Position numbers and translations under genes: made by a program. DNA of 64,000 nt from Octopus vulgaris. Lineage: Eukaryota. The notes below the pieces were generated by a model that was not told the DNA's origin, did no database searches, and saw nothing but the letters and a program-made list of their open reading frames with translations. This document shows, one piece after another, positions 40,481 through 54,631 of the stretch; within the stretch, counting starts at the first letter, position 1, and every line of letters starts with the position of its first letter. The stretch is taken from the NCBI GenBank assembly GCA_951406725.2, contig OX597826.1:5642001-5706000 (forward strand), in the 5' to 3' direction.

Positions 40481-41065
40481 AGGCGGCGAGTTGGCAGAAA
40501 CGTTAGCGACGGGTGAAATGCGTAGCAGTAGTTCGTCTGCCGTTACGTTCTGAGTTCAAATTCCGCCGAAGTCGACTTTGCCTTTCATCCTTTCTGGGTA
40601 GATAAATTAAGTACCAGTTACGCACTGGGGTCGATGTAATCGACTTAATTCATTTGTCTGTCCGTGTTTGTCCTCTCTGTGGTTAGCCCCTTGTGGGTAG
40701 AAAAGAAAGAGATATTTCGTCTGCCGCTACGTTATGAGTTCAAATTCCGCCGAGGTTGACTTTACCTTTCATCCTTTCGGGGTCGAATAAATAAGTACCA
40801 GTTACGCACTGGGGTCGATATAATTGACTTAATCCATTTGTCTGTCCTTGTTTGTCCTACCCGTGTTTAGCCTCTTGTGGGTAGTAAAGAAATATGTATT
40901 TTGTCTGTCTTTACGTTCTGAATTCATATTCCACTGAGGTCGACTTCGCCTTTCACTCTTTCGGAGCCGATTAATTAAGTACTAGTTGCGTACTGGGGTC
41001 GATCTAATCAACTGGCCCCCTCCCCAGAAATTTCAGGCCTTGTGCCTAGAGTAGAAAAGAATGAT
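40481..41065 (+). mobile_element. Tandem trimer of family A SINE (one full head plus two headless units of about 185 bp)
   Basis: The TTCGTCTGCCG..GTTCAAATTCC..GTCGACTTTGCCTTTC..AAGTACCAGTTACGCACTGGGGTCGAT block occurs three times (about 40530, 40714 and 40898). Confidence 0.9.
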
Positions 41066-42440
41066 AATATGGACTGTCGGTTTTCTTGATTTCATCCTGC
41101 ATGTACTGTGCAATTCTGTGCAGGGTCATGTCGATATTTGCTCCTGAAGATTTGAGAGGTTCCCTTTTGTGATTTGCAGTATCATATAGAAGTCTCACTT
41201 CATACAAAGCAGCCTGTACAATATTACAATGCAATAAAGTCTCTTAATGAAACGGTCGTGCGATAACTTATAATTTATTTGTTGGCTTTTAATATTACGT
41301 TTTATTATATTTTTATACTAACTGAAGTTCACTTCAATTTTGGTACGTTTGGAATTCAGAATTACCAAAAACTCGAGAAATTCCTGGATTGTTTAACTGA
41401 TGGCTGGTGTTCGACCATATAGCCATTAATGTATAGTCATAATCACAAGAACGCTGACGGAGTTCTTAACAGACTTCGACGTAATGTTCCAGATTATCTT
41501 CGGAATCTCGGCTGATTATACTTGAGATTGCTCAAATCTGGCCAGATCCAAGGAAAAACAAAGCTAACAGCATTAGACGGATACACATAAATGCATGCAT
41601 ACAAACATATATACATACATACATTTAAATGGATTGGCAAAACCTATGCAGATGCATCAAAAAGCAACAAATAAAAGAGTTCTACTTGTCCTGTTGTAAT
41701 AAAGACGTTGTACTCTTTGCAAAGATGCGAACGTTCGCGCAACGCTCTCACGAATAGACATGGCACAACGTCTGAAACTATATGGATAAATGTACGTCCG
41801 TGTGTGTATGCATATTTTTCTATATTTTTGTATGTATATTCATATATGCACATATATATATATATGTATATAAACATACATACACACACGCACAAACACA
41901 CACATTCACACACATATTTGCGTAAGTGGAAATGTGCATTTTTATGTTGATATTCCTTTGGAAGAATACGTATTTCTGTGCCATATACTCTGCGTGTTTA
42001 GAAACCTGCACCGATTTGCTATTTAAATAAGAATAACAAGACAAAAAAAAAAATACGAAGAAAAAAAAAAGAAATCGAAACAAACAAACATAAAGAACAT
42101 TCATTGTGTACAACAAGTGAAATGGCGAAAAAAAAAAACAAATAAATATTTCTGAAAGAATCTCAGATATACGAAAAAGTAACACAGAAATATATGCATA
42201 AATAACAACAAAAAAAAATATAGAAAGGAAAATTATATGCAATCATTGTTGACCTAAAAGACTCGCTTTTATTAACGGATATAACTGAATGCATGTAATG
42301 CACCCACTTTACACAGGAAAAAATAAATTACCTTTTTCATACAATCAATGTATTTTTCATTTCTTTCATTCTTATTTCTATTACCATTGATCAGCTGTGT
42401 TTATGTTCTGTTCCTTCGATTTATACATACTTACAAATAT

Positions 42441-42542
<102 letters not shown>

Positions 42543-42669
42543 GTCGTTTCTATTCTTATTCGATTCGAAACCATTTTAATGCGCGCCTTGGAACGACCAC
42601 CAAATTAAATACATAAACAATAATGCTATTGCACAAACAAATACTTCTACACACGCAATCATTGCAGCA

Positions 42670-42752
<83 letters not shown>

Positions 42753-42786
42753 CATACATACATATATACATACATACATACATACT

Positions 42787-42826
<40 letters not shown>

Positions 42827-44240
42827 TATACATATACATATTCTATTATATGCAAATAAATATATATGTTTATATATATATATATATACCTATGAATATA
42901 CTTATGCATGCAGGTATATATATACATATACATGCACACATACATACATACACACACACACACACATATAGATATATATATACACGTATTTCTCTATATA
43001 CTCTCACGCTGTCTCGCGAGGGACTACAGGTAATGTAACATGTTGGTATTCAAGGATGTTTGTTAAAATCCTTTACAAACCTTTCAACAAAGGCGCTGCT
43101 ACAATGTGGTCGATAGAAATAGCAGTAATTGAGATCAGAGACTTGACCCCGATAACTATGAAATAAAAACTCTACTAAAAGGAATCAAGCACGCGGCTGC
43201 AGTGTGAAAAGAGGCGGCCGACTAAAGGTGTCAGCCAAGTACACGAATTGAAAATGATGCCGATAGAAATACATTACAGATCCCTAGCAATTCTTCTAGC
43301 CTATAGGCCTAAACTGATATTTTATATATGGACTCTAGAAGGAGAAAATGTATAGTTGATCTCAGCTTGAGAAGCAATATATATATTAAACGTATTTAGA
43401 TATTCTAACGACAATTCCGATTTTACTGCCTATATTTTTGTTGTAAACTTTAAAAACAAACAACCCTGTTACTCAATATTTTTTGCATGTTATATTCATA
43501 TTTATTGCTTGGAATTTGATATATATATATATATGTATATTGTTTTGCGTTTCTGGGTTTTCTGAACGTAAAAGAAATACACATTAACTCGTACACAGTG
43601 TTCTCTGCTCCTCCTCGTGTTAACCTATTGATCTTATGATCTTTATAACAATAAACGTTTCTGATCCTCAGTTACTTCTGATATATGGGGGGATTCTCTG
43701 CTCCTTTACGCTGTTCGTTACTCTCTTTAAATAAAATTTCCGTTTCTACTCTACAAAATAGATACATACAAATATTCCTTTACCGGTTTTGCCAGATGTA
43801 GCAACACCGAGTTCGTGCATGATAAGTAAACGTAATACCGAGTTTTCCAGAAGGTATTTCATTACACTGGGGTTGAATTAATAACATATAGCTCGGTGGG
43901 TGGTAGATAGCATAATCATTTTCTCAGAAAGTTTTTATTTCGGATATGCTGCGAATCTTATCTAAAGTAAGCACTAAAGTTGACTGTTGTCACGGGTCAA
44001 CATACACAATATACTCATATAAAGAAGATATATTTTCAAACAATTGCACTAAAGTGTCACTGCTATCTTCTCTTTGGGGTTGAAGATGGTAAGAAACGTG
44101 AAGATATTTTATACATTTCAAGACACCAGAACCTAAATGTTGCTACTGAAATACAATGATATATCTTTCCTACGTTCAATTAGGTTTAAATTTATTTACA
44201 CTTTATGGCGTTCTCTTCTATACATACATACATACATACA

Positions 44241-44271
<31 letters not shown>

Positions 44272-44324
44272 CTATATGTATCTGTGTGTGTGTGTGTGTG
44301 TGTGTGGTGATCTGTTATTCTTTT

Positions 44325-44540
44325 ACTTGTTTCAGTCATTTGACTGCATTCACCCTGGGGTACAGCCTTAAAGTGTTTTAGTCGGAAAAATCGTACCCCC
44401 CCCCCCAATTCGTATTGTTTGTAAGCCTACTACTTATTCTATTGGCCCCGTTTGCCGAACCACTAAATTACGGGGAAATAAGCATACCAGTATCTGTTGT
44501 CAAGCAATGGTGGGAGGGTCAAACACAGACACACATACAT
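44325..44540 (-). mobile_element. Family C SINE, 3' half
   Basis: GTTTCAGTCATTTGACTGC..GTAAGCCTACTACTTATTCTAT..GCCGAACCACTAAATTACGGGG..GTCAAGCAATGGTGGGAGG. Confidence 0.75.
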
Positions 44541-44547
44541 ACATACA

Positions 44548-44629
<82 letters not shown>

Positions 44630-44672
44630 TGTATGTATGTATGTATGTGTGTCTGTGTTTGACCCTCCCACC

Positions 44673-44675
<3 letters not shown>
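44506..44675. repeat. Near-perfect 170-bp palindrome centred on (AT)n
   Basis: AATGGTGGGAGGGTCAAACACAGACACA(CATA)n..(TATG)nTGTGTCTGTGTTTGACCCTCCCACCATT. Confidence 0.92.
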
Positions 44676-44717
<42 letters not shown>

Positions 44718-45244
44718 GTATATATATGCATATATATGGGTACAGATCACCAACGGTGCAAATAAGATGACATACGGAAACAAACGAGTTAAACGTGAAA
44801 AACTGGAAAACAGGACAATCTAACACGTCGTCAATTGTCAACTGTCTATCTCCTCATTTCTCGCATTCAACGATAATATGAGTCTTCAAAGACAGTTGCT
44901 CCCATAAATTCTAAAATAAAATTTAGGATTTATGGAAGGTCAAATTTGGGAACAAAACATGACAGTGGAGACATAAAAAAAAAACCGAAAGAAAGCAAAC
45001 CTAGAGATTCTTTAGACCAGAACGTGAGGAAAATAGTGAGTGATGTGAGAAACATTTTTTGGAAAAGAGAAGAGATAGCAGAGAAAGAGAAAAATCATTT
45101 CTGCTCTTATGAACGCCCGTGCTGGAATAGAAAGATGGTCACGTGAGGAAAAGAAAGAAAGACGGGTAGTGGTTACGTGTGTGCAACGAGAGAGGGAGAG
45201 AGAGAAAACTGAGAAAGAGGAGAGTGAGAGAGAAATTTCCCCAA

Positions 45245-45290
45245 GGCACCTGAAGAAGGCTGGAGAGTATATCAGCCGAAACGTTGTGTT
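45245..45290 (+). ncRNA. Minimal type I hammerhead ribozyme motif in a 5'-truncated family E copy (about 45231-45348)
   Basis: Stem I GGCAC/GTGTT, core CTGAAGA, extra A, stem II GGCTG/CAGCC, GAAA, palindromic helix III ACGT, cleavage triplet GUU. Confidence 0.75.
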
Positions 45291-45680
45291 AACAACAAAC
45301 AAGATAAGGACAAATATCCGTCGAATGTAAATAATGGAAATAATGTACTGAGCTGTTACATTTGAGATATTTACTCGCATAGTTTCCTTTATGTCTGCTC
45401 AACTTGCTCCCCCTCCCTATAGCCATTCTTTACTCCGCAAATTGGTCCCCCGTAAAGACATCAGAATCTAAATCTGAATACTTTTGCGCGCTACTATGTG
45501 TATGTATGTATGTACATGCGCGCATACGCGATTGCTGTGAGCATTTTTACTTCGTCCCCTTCGGTTTTCTCCCCTTATTTAGCGGTCATTCTAATAGCAC
45601 TTTTGTCTTAATAACGGTCAATTGCATAGTAATTTCCCTTTCTCTAACGGCCATTTTCATAGCATATTTTGATTGCCTCG

Positions 45681-45739
45681 ATAACTGATGAGATGCCGGA
45701 GCAGTTTTCTGCCCCGACATCCGAACCTCGGAGTCTTAT
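45681..45739 (+). ncRNA. Degenerate hammerhead motif from a separate family
   Basis: ATAA CTGATGA GATGCCGG..CCGACATC C GAAC CTCGGAGT C TTAT; stems I and II are present, but GAAA and helix III are mutated. Confidence 0.45.
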
Positions 45740-46142
45740 TATGGCATCCGAATATTTGTCCCATATTATATCAGAGATAAATTCCTCTCTTTACATAATA
45801 TCGAGGTCTCTTTCTTTCTTTTGTTATCTTGCCGTTTTTACCAATATATATATGTATATAAGTATATATGTGTAGATATACGGGTGTTCTGTGTCAGGGT
45901 TTGACACGAACTATTGATTCACAACCGACGCTTTTGTATTTACGTCCAAGTAAAAAAGACCATTAAAAGAGACCACTTCATACTAAAGTAATCACACAAG
46001 TTACATCGCAAATTATAAAATGGTGTATAATAAACATGACAAAATAACTGTTTGTTAAAATGGATGAAAATGCATATCAAATAATCAACGACATGTTTGA
46101 CTGCATTTGGAATGGTTTGCCTCTAATTCATACATATGTCCA

Positions 46143-46189
<47 letters not shown>

Positions 46190-47234
46190 GTGTGTGTGTG
46201 TGTCTGTGTCTGTTTGTGTGAACGAATGCATGCATATATATATATGTATGTATATATGTCTGTATGTATGGAAGGTTGTTTTCACAAGGCTCCACCTAGC
46301 ATTTAGGATGGATTCTGCAGCCTTAATCCGTACACATACAATTGACATGCAAAATAAGCGTTCACTGTACAAATTGTAAAAGTTTCACAAATCTTGCGAA
46401 TGTCATGGCGTTTGTCCTTCCTTCCACAAAAGATCATTGAGAACGAATTCCAATATACAGATAGTATCTTTGTTGTTTATCAAACCACATTCGTTTAAAT
46501 AAGTATACCATCAATATAAAAGAATCTACGTATCGAGCTTCTTGATATAGTTGAAATATTAGGCTTTAGGCCTATACAAGATACCAATATTGCATTTTAG
46601 TATATTCTTCCATTATTTGATACTTTCAATCATTGAACTGCGGCTATGCTGGAGTAAGTTGTTAAGTATTAATATCCATCTAGCCATACAGTCATTCATT
46701 CACACATCCATAATACATACATACATACGTACGTACATACATACATACATACATACATACATACATACATACGTACATACGTACATGCATACATATTTCT
46801 GTATATAGGCAATAGCAAAAATTTATAACAACAACAGTATAATTACATGAATGCAGAAACAAGAAAACAATACGGTCAATGATATTGTAGGAGAATCGAA
46901 AATCATAATAAAAGTGTTTTGGTTTGGCATCATTTCCAATGCAATGCTACAGGCAAGAAAAACAGAAAGACAGAAAATATTGAAAGAGAACTGCCATACT
47001 GAACGTATTTGTAATTCATTTTTTTGAGTGTGTCTATGTGTGCGTATACATATACACCCACATTAATATATGTGTGTCTTTGTGTATGCATAGGTATATG
47101 TACATAGATGTGTGCAAATATTTTATATGCATGTATCTGTGTGGATTATTCTATGCGTATTTGGATATATGCATAGTCATCGGAGACATATATCTATGTG
47201 CGTGTGCATGTGTGTATATAATTATATATATATA

Positions 47235-47264
47235 TACAACTCCAATATACATACATACTTTCTT

Positions 47265-47316
<52 letters not shown>

Positions 47317-47364
47317 AGGAAAGTATGTATGTATATTGCAACTCCAATATATATACATACTTTC

Positions 47365-47441
<77 letters not shown>

Positions 47442-47470
47442 GGAAAGTATGTATGTATATTGGAGTTGTA
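47235..47470. repeat. Two tandem fold-back units, each centred on (AT)n, forming an overall palindrome
   Basis: TACAACTCCAATATACATACATACTTTC..(AT)n..GAAAGTATGTATGTATATTG occurs twice; the region ends TGGAGTTGTA. Confidence 0.85.
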
Positions 47471-47904
47471 GTTCTTGGAGAGTAGTTGATTATTGATAAA
47501 CACTGAAGAATGTGCAGAATACCAAATAGGCTATATTCCTAGAAGTTTATATCTGGCTGCCGCAATCTCTAGAAATGTTGTTTATATGCAAGCACACACA
47601 TACATCCAAGATGTAAGTAATACTGAGCATAAAATATTTCTATCTGCATCATCACTCATATTTACCTACCTACCTACCTAGCTACCTACCTACCTACCTA
47701 CCTGCCTACCCACCTACCTTCCTACCCACCTACCTACCTACCTACCTACCTACCTACCTACCTACCTACCTACCTACCTACCTACCTATCTACCGACCTA
47801 CCTACATACATACATACATACATACATATATACATACATACATGCATACTTCCATAAATTCATAAACACACACACACACATATATATATATATTTGTGTG
47901 CATG

Positions 47905-48245
47905 CAGTCCCACTGAATTGCATCTTGGGCAAGTGTCTTCTACTATAGCCTCGTTCCGACGGAAGCCTTGTGAGTGGATTTGACAGAGAGAAACTGAAAG
48001 AAGACATTCGAATATATATGCATATGTGTATGAATTTGTGTGTCTGTGTTTGTCACCCCGCCACATCGCATGATAATCGATGTTGGTGTGTCTACGTCTC
48101 CGTAACTTAGCTGCTCGGTAAAATACACCGATAGAATAAGTACTAGGCTTACAAAGAATAAGACCCGGGATTGATTTGTTCGCCTAAAGACGGTACTCCA
48201 GCATGGCTGCAGTCAGGTGACCGAAACAAGTAGAAGAATAAGAGA
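47905..48245 (+). mobile_element. Family C SINE
   Basis: CAGTCCCACTG..CTTGGGCAAGTGTCTTCTACTATAGCCTCG..GAAACTGAAAGAAG..GATAGAATAAGTACTAGGCTTACAAAGAATAAG..CAGCATGGCTGCAGTC. Confidence 0.85.
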
Positions 48246-48252
48246 ATTAAGG

Positions 48253-48311
<59 letters not shown>

Positions 48312-48616
48312 TATATATATGAGGAAATGCGTGCGTGTGGGTCTTCGAGTGTGCGTTGGTAATCGAGATTATGTACTTGTATTTAAAGGTGTGGTGCCTC
48401 TCGTGATACTTCGCTGTACTCGTTGATCTTAGTACCCCAAATGCATACGCTCTCTCCAACACGATAGGCAAACGTCAATTGCATGACGTATGTTACAATA
48501 TATCTGGCATATAAACACGCGATTATAACATACATTTCCAGCATATATCACATAAACATACTTGTGCATACAAGCAGGTGCATATATGTATATGTATATA
48601 TATGCATATGCATATT

Positions 48617-48667
<51 letters not shown>

Positions 48668-49363
48668 GTGTGTATATATATATATATTTATTTATTTATT
48701 TATGTAGTAAAAAGTGAAAATATGTAGAAGGAACAAAATTATTCACCCACATTCCTCTCAATAAATATGTATATATATTTATTTACACACACATAAGCAC
48801 AGACACACAGATCGCACGCACATACACATAGTTGTCTTCATATATACAGATATATACTTGTGTATGTATACGTATATTCATATTTGTATACATGTATACA
48901 CGTACCTATATTAATGTGGATTAATGTGTGTACGTGAGTTCTTCAATGTGTTGATGGTATAAGTTTGCATACGTGTATATAAATATATACACTCAAGTGA
49001 AGAACATAAACGATATAGGTATATAGCTTACAGCGTCGAAAATATTATTTGTTTAGTTGAAACATGTGAATAAATTTTCACAAAGAGTATTTAGCCTACG
49101 GCTGTTTAGTTGGAACCCTTATGTTCCACGATAGCTTGAGCCAAATATTGCGTTTCATAGGACATCAAAGGAATATTATTATCTCGATATCTTTGCCAGC
49201 AGCGAACGAAGAAAACTTGCTTCGATCCAAAACAGCAGCAGGGTGATCATTTTATTTTTCAGTTTAGCAATCATAACGTGACTTCTTAAACACCCGGCAA
49301 TGCAGCTAAGAAGAAGCATAACAATTTTGCCTGTATTTCAACGAATATTAAATATGAATTCAC

Positions 49364-49425
<62 letters not shown>

Positions 49426-49831
49426 CATACATACACACACAAACACACATATATATATATATATGTATATAAATGTATATGCATGTATATATATATACAT
49501 CTATATATACACAGACAGATATACATATACATGTACATGCATACATATACATAAACACACTCACACACGCACACTCATGCTCACACACATTCATACACAC
49601 AAATGTCTGCTATTGTTCTGTTCATAAACCAGCGCGCATGAATATCTCTATGATTCTATGTGTGTATGTGTGTATGTATGTGTGTATTACCTATCTATCA
49701 ACGTATGTATCTATTTATCTATCTCACTATCTCTCTATCTACTGAAACTATGTGTGCATATTATTTTACATATATTTTACATATGTACGTGTTATATGCA
49801 TACATATCGATACACATGTATGTACACACAA

Positions 49832-49870
<39 letters not shown>

Positions 49871-49963
49871 CATATAGTTAATCCAAACAAGAAAACACAG
49901 AAAAAAAAAGAGAAAAAAAACACAGCAACGCGAGGACGTGGAACAATTAAAGTATTATTGACG

Positions 49964-50057
<94 letters not shown>

Positions 50058-50290
50058 TAGTGTGTGTATGTATCTATATTTGCAAGTATGTAAACACTCA
50101 ATTAACACTGCTTTATCATGCACGACACGTTACCAAGGTACCCAAGCTTCAGTAATCGGTTTACATATTACATTAAAGTCCTGTATGTTAAGCGATATGG
50201 CTCCCAACACTACATAAGATGCTAGGCTAAAATGGCGTGTCCCTGACGACTGAAGTAATGAGTAACGCAATTTTATCAAATCTGTTCATA

Positions 50291-50372
<82 letters not shown>

Positions 50373-50519
50373 AACACACACACACGTCAATTTAATGTAA
50401 ATAGGAGTTTGGAATGTTTCACAAAAAAAAATTATAATTATCACTAAATGTAACTAGGGTGTTAGCATGCAAATACATTGCTAGAAATAAGAGCTAAAAT
50501 GTTCTAATGCTGTAGTCAA

Positions 50520-50815
50520 CGCACCACGTGAGAGTGAGTTCGATTCCCGAACCTGGTTGTGCGTTGTGTTCTTGGGCAAGTCATTTTATTTCACTTTGCA
50601 TCAGTTTACTCAGCCGTATAAACTGGTTGCAATGTCACTGAAAGCAGCATCGGCCTTTGAGCTTTTATTGGACAATTGGCTGGCACGGAGAGGGGATGTC
50701 AGTAAGCATGGCCGGCCTTTCCTTTCCTATAAGCCATTTGCACAGCCTTGTGCCTCGGAGGGGAATTTCTATGTGCAATCCCGCGGTCTTTCGTGACCGA
50801 AGGAGATCTTTTCAC
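50520..50815 (+). mobile_element. Diverged tRNA-derived SINE
   Basis: B box GAGTTCGATTCCC followed by the CORE-like segment TTGTGTTCTTGGGCAAGTCATTTTAT. Confidence 0.55.
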
Positions 50816-50984
50816 TTTTATAAATATTTCATTGAGCTGTAAACATATCTTTATAATGCATACATTTTGCATAGTTATTTTCCATCTTTCATAATTTCGA
50901 ACACCTTATCATTATTATCATCTATACCAGAATGTAAATTTGTTCACATATTCTTTTATTCTTTTATTCTTCTTATTCTTTTAT

Positions 50985-51170
50985 TTTGTTTCAGTCATTT
51001 GACTGTGGCCATGCTGGAGCACTTAGTCGAGCAAATCGACCCCAGTATTTATTCTTTGTATGCCTAGTACTTATTCTATCGTTACGGGGACGGAAACACA
51101 CCAGTTTCGGTTGTCAAGCAATATTGGGGGGACAGACACAGACACAAAAATTTATAAACACACATACATG

Positions 51171-51209
<39 letters not shown>

Positions 51210-51219
51210 GCACACACAT

Positions 51220-51260
<41 letters not shown>

Positions 51261-51420
51261 ACGTGCTGCTTTCAGTTTCCGCCTACCAAGTCCACTCAGA
51301 AGCCTTTGGTCGGCTCGAGGTTATAGTAGAAGTCAGTTGCACAAGTTGCCACGCAATGGGACCGAAGACGGAACCATGTGGTTGGTAAGCAAGCTACTCA
51401 AAACACACCCATTTCTGCGC
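50985..51420 (-). mobile_element. Family C SINE
   Basis: Full set of family C landmarks, with an expanded internal (CA)n(TA)n. Confidence 0.85.
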
Positions 51421-51629
51421 CTATATTTAACATTATTTTCCTATTTACCCTTAGATTTTCCATATATTTATTCGTATGCACATATTTCCCTAGAAAATAT
51501 GTATGTTTAATTACACATGCCCGTTTGGTACTGAAACTCGTGTTGAAAACACCTTGCCAAGTGACTTATGCTATAATCCTTGTCTTTTGAGTTGATTTGT
51601 TATAAAAGCCTTTGTGTTTATATGCATGT

Positions 51630-51681
<52 letters not shown>

Positions 51682-51799
51682 TATAGATATATCTTATGAA
51701 TATATATATATATATATATCATGGGTGGCTAATTCATTATTTGACAACATGATTAGCGCTCTAGTTCCCTTAAGTGATATATATGTATATATGTATGAA

Positions 51800-51861
<62 letters not shown>

Positions 51862-51986
51862 CGAGCTCGCTTATAATCACCCCACATTACTGTATTGTTA
51901 AAACAGTATAGTTTTGTTTGGTGCATCTAAGTTAGGTACATATTCAAGTAAATTCATTTAAATTAACTTGAATCTTTATTGCTTTT

Positions 51987-52032
<46 letters not shown>

Positions 52033-52112
52033 TATATGCATATACGTATGTATGTGTGTGTGTATTTGTATGCATGTATATATGAGTTGTATATACTTGT
52101 TATATTTACATG

Positions 52113-52148
<36 letters not shown>

Positions 52149-52408
52149 TATATATATAATCAAAATTTAGGTTTGTGGCATATTTCAATTGCTCAAAGGG
52201 AAACTCACAACAATTATCCAGGAGAAAATATCTGTATATGGTGAAAAGTTGGGAAAGCACCCCCGGTTTGTTCAAAGTCGCTATCTCTCAGGAATCGCAG
52301 ACGTCGAGGTTTCGAGTTATTTTTACTCTTCTCAATGGGATGTACCTTAGTGGGACGTCGCTGACCAAGCTTATAAACCAAAAGCTTCATTTAAACTTCA
52401 TTCCACAA

Positions 52409-52849
52409 CGTTGACTAATTTACGCTGATGGATCGCCTGATCGAGGAAGATAAGGAATTATTTGCGTCAAGGAGTGTTTAGGCATATGTAAAATGTAGGT
52501 TAGTTGAAATATATTTGTGACATATATCAACTACTAAAAGGCAAATTCACTGCAGATATCGTGGAGAAAATATGTTATAGAAAAAAATGTATGGAAAACT
52601 GTTAGTTTATTCGGCGTCGCTATTTATATAGAATCCCAGACATCGATGTCTCGGATTTTTTTTCTTTTTTTTACCATAAGAAAGATATATTTTCCACGGT
52701 AACTGCAGTGAATTTTCCTTTTAGAAGTTGAAATATATCAAAAGCCTATTTTAAGTAACCTAAGATTTGCTTATGCGTAAACATTGCTTAGCGCTAACAA
52801 TTCCTTATCTTCCTTGATCGGGCGATCTATCAGCGCAAATCAGCTAACG
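52409..52849. mobile_element. Fold-back/MITE with imperfect TIRs of about 165 bp
   Basis: CGCTGATGGATCGCCTGATCGAGGAAGATAAGGAATT..AATTCACTGCAG..CGTGGAGAAAATAT versus ATATTTTCCACG..CTGCAGTGAATT..AATTCCTTATCTTCCTTGATCGGGCGATCTATCAGCG. Confidence 0.8.
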
Positions 52850-52861
52850 GCACTCTCTCTC

Positions 52862-53093
52862 AGGCAGCGAGCTGGCAGAAACGTTAGCACGCCGGGCGAA
52901 ATGCGTAGCCGTATTTCGTCTGCCGTTACGTTCTGAGTTCATATTCGGCCGAGGTCGACTTTGCCTTTCATCCTTTCGGGGTCGATTAAGTAAGTACCAG
53001 TTACGCACTAGTGTCGATGTAATCGACTTAATCCGTTTGTCTGTCCTTGTTTGTCCTCTCTGTGTTGAGCCCCTTGTGGGTAGTAAAGAAATA
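52862..53093 (+). mobile_element. Family A SINE with a 13-bp imperfect TSD
   Basis: Close match to 1848-2079; flanks GGCACTCTCTCTC / GGTACTCTCTCTC. Confidence 0.92.
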
Positions 53094-53630
53094 GGTACTC
53101 TCTCTCGTTTTACTCTTTTACTTGTTTCTTTCATTTTCTGCCTACCAAATCCACTCACAAGGCTTAGGTTGGCCCGAGGTTATAATAGAAAAGACTTGCC
53201 TAAGATTCCACACAGTGGAACTGAACTCAGAACCATGTGGCTTGTAAGCCAGCTATTTACCATAGAGCCACTCCTAGGCCTATGTTGACTGAATTTTGCA
53301 TAAAGCTATTGCATTTTAAATTTGTTCACATTTGTCTCTCTTAGTTACATCTCCAAATCCCGATAGATGGTGACACTGAACAATCTGGGTCTCTCAAATA
53401 TTTTCACCATAAGAAAGATATGTTCTCCTCGGAACTGCCATTTAACAGTTCAAATATGGCACCAACATATTTTAGCAAACCCAAATTTTTCCTTATTTCC
53501 AAACCCTGCTTGGTGCTAAAGTTTCGTTATATACGTAGGAACAAGATTGACTGCTTCCCAAACAAATGTTTTGGCTAAGTGCCTTCCACTATAGGCTCAG
53601 GTTTGGTAGACGGAAAATGAAAGATGCCGT

Positions 53631-53757
<127 letters not shown>

Positions 53758-53784
53758 AATATACATACATACATATATATATAC

Positions 53785-53819
<35 letters not shown>

Positions 53820-53915
53820 CGTACATCTCTCTCTCTCCCTATATATATATATATACCTATATATGCATATATATATATATACTTATATATATATATACAT
53901 ATATATGTATGTAAG

Positions 53916-53959
<44 letters not shown>

Positions 53960-53980
53960 CACATATACATACACACACAT

Positions 53981-54019
<39 letters not shown>

Positions 54020-54438
54020 CGAATACAAACATGCACACGCACAAGACACACTGATACACATACATACATATCTATATAAACAAGAATAATAAATGTATCT
54101 CATTGTAGAATTTGCATGGCAAACAAGTGCGTTCTTATACACCAGGGATTCTCTATGGAGCCCATTGTCTGAAACCACAAGTCGTCAACGTAAAAATAGG
54201 GTCTTCATTATTCCAACAAGTTTCTGAATTACTGATTATTGCTAAATAAAAACAATAATGGTGACTTCAATATGCCTCGAAACCTAACAAAAATAAAGTC
54301 AACGAGAACGTTCGACGCTGTACACTAAATTATTAAACAAATAATGGGTACATTTTGACCGATTAAGAGCAAGGGAGCATGAAGCAGCCATCTATATATC
54401 TATCTATCTATCTATGCATACATACATATGTATGCATA

Positions 54439-54504
<66 letters not shown>

Positions 54505-54577
54505 CATGAGTGCTTGTTTAAATATTACTTATACACACTCACACACACACACATATATATGTATATACGTTCATATG

Positions 54578-54631
<54 letters not shown>

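Noticed and set aside
38136-41065. CRISPR-like periodicity in the 77-bp minisatellite and the SINE trimer
   Set aside because: Whole units are repeated with no unique spacers, there are no cas genes, and the context is eukaryotic.
44838-44900. Minus-strand hammerhead-like fold (CAACTGTCT TTGAAGA CTCAT..ATGAG GAGA T AGACAGTTG)
   Set aside because: The stems exist, but both core segments are non-canonical and helix III is absent.
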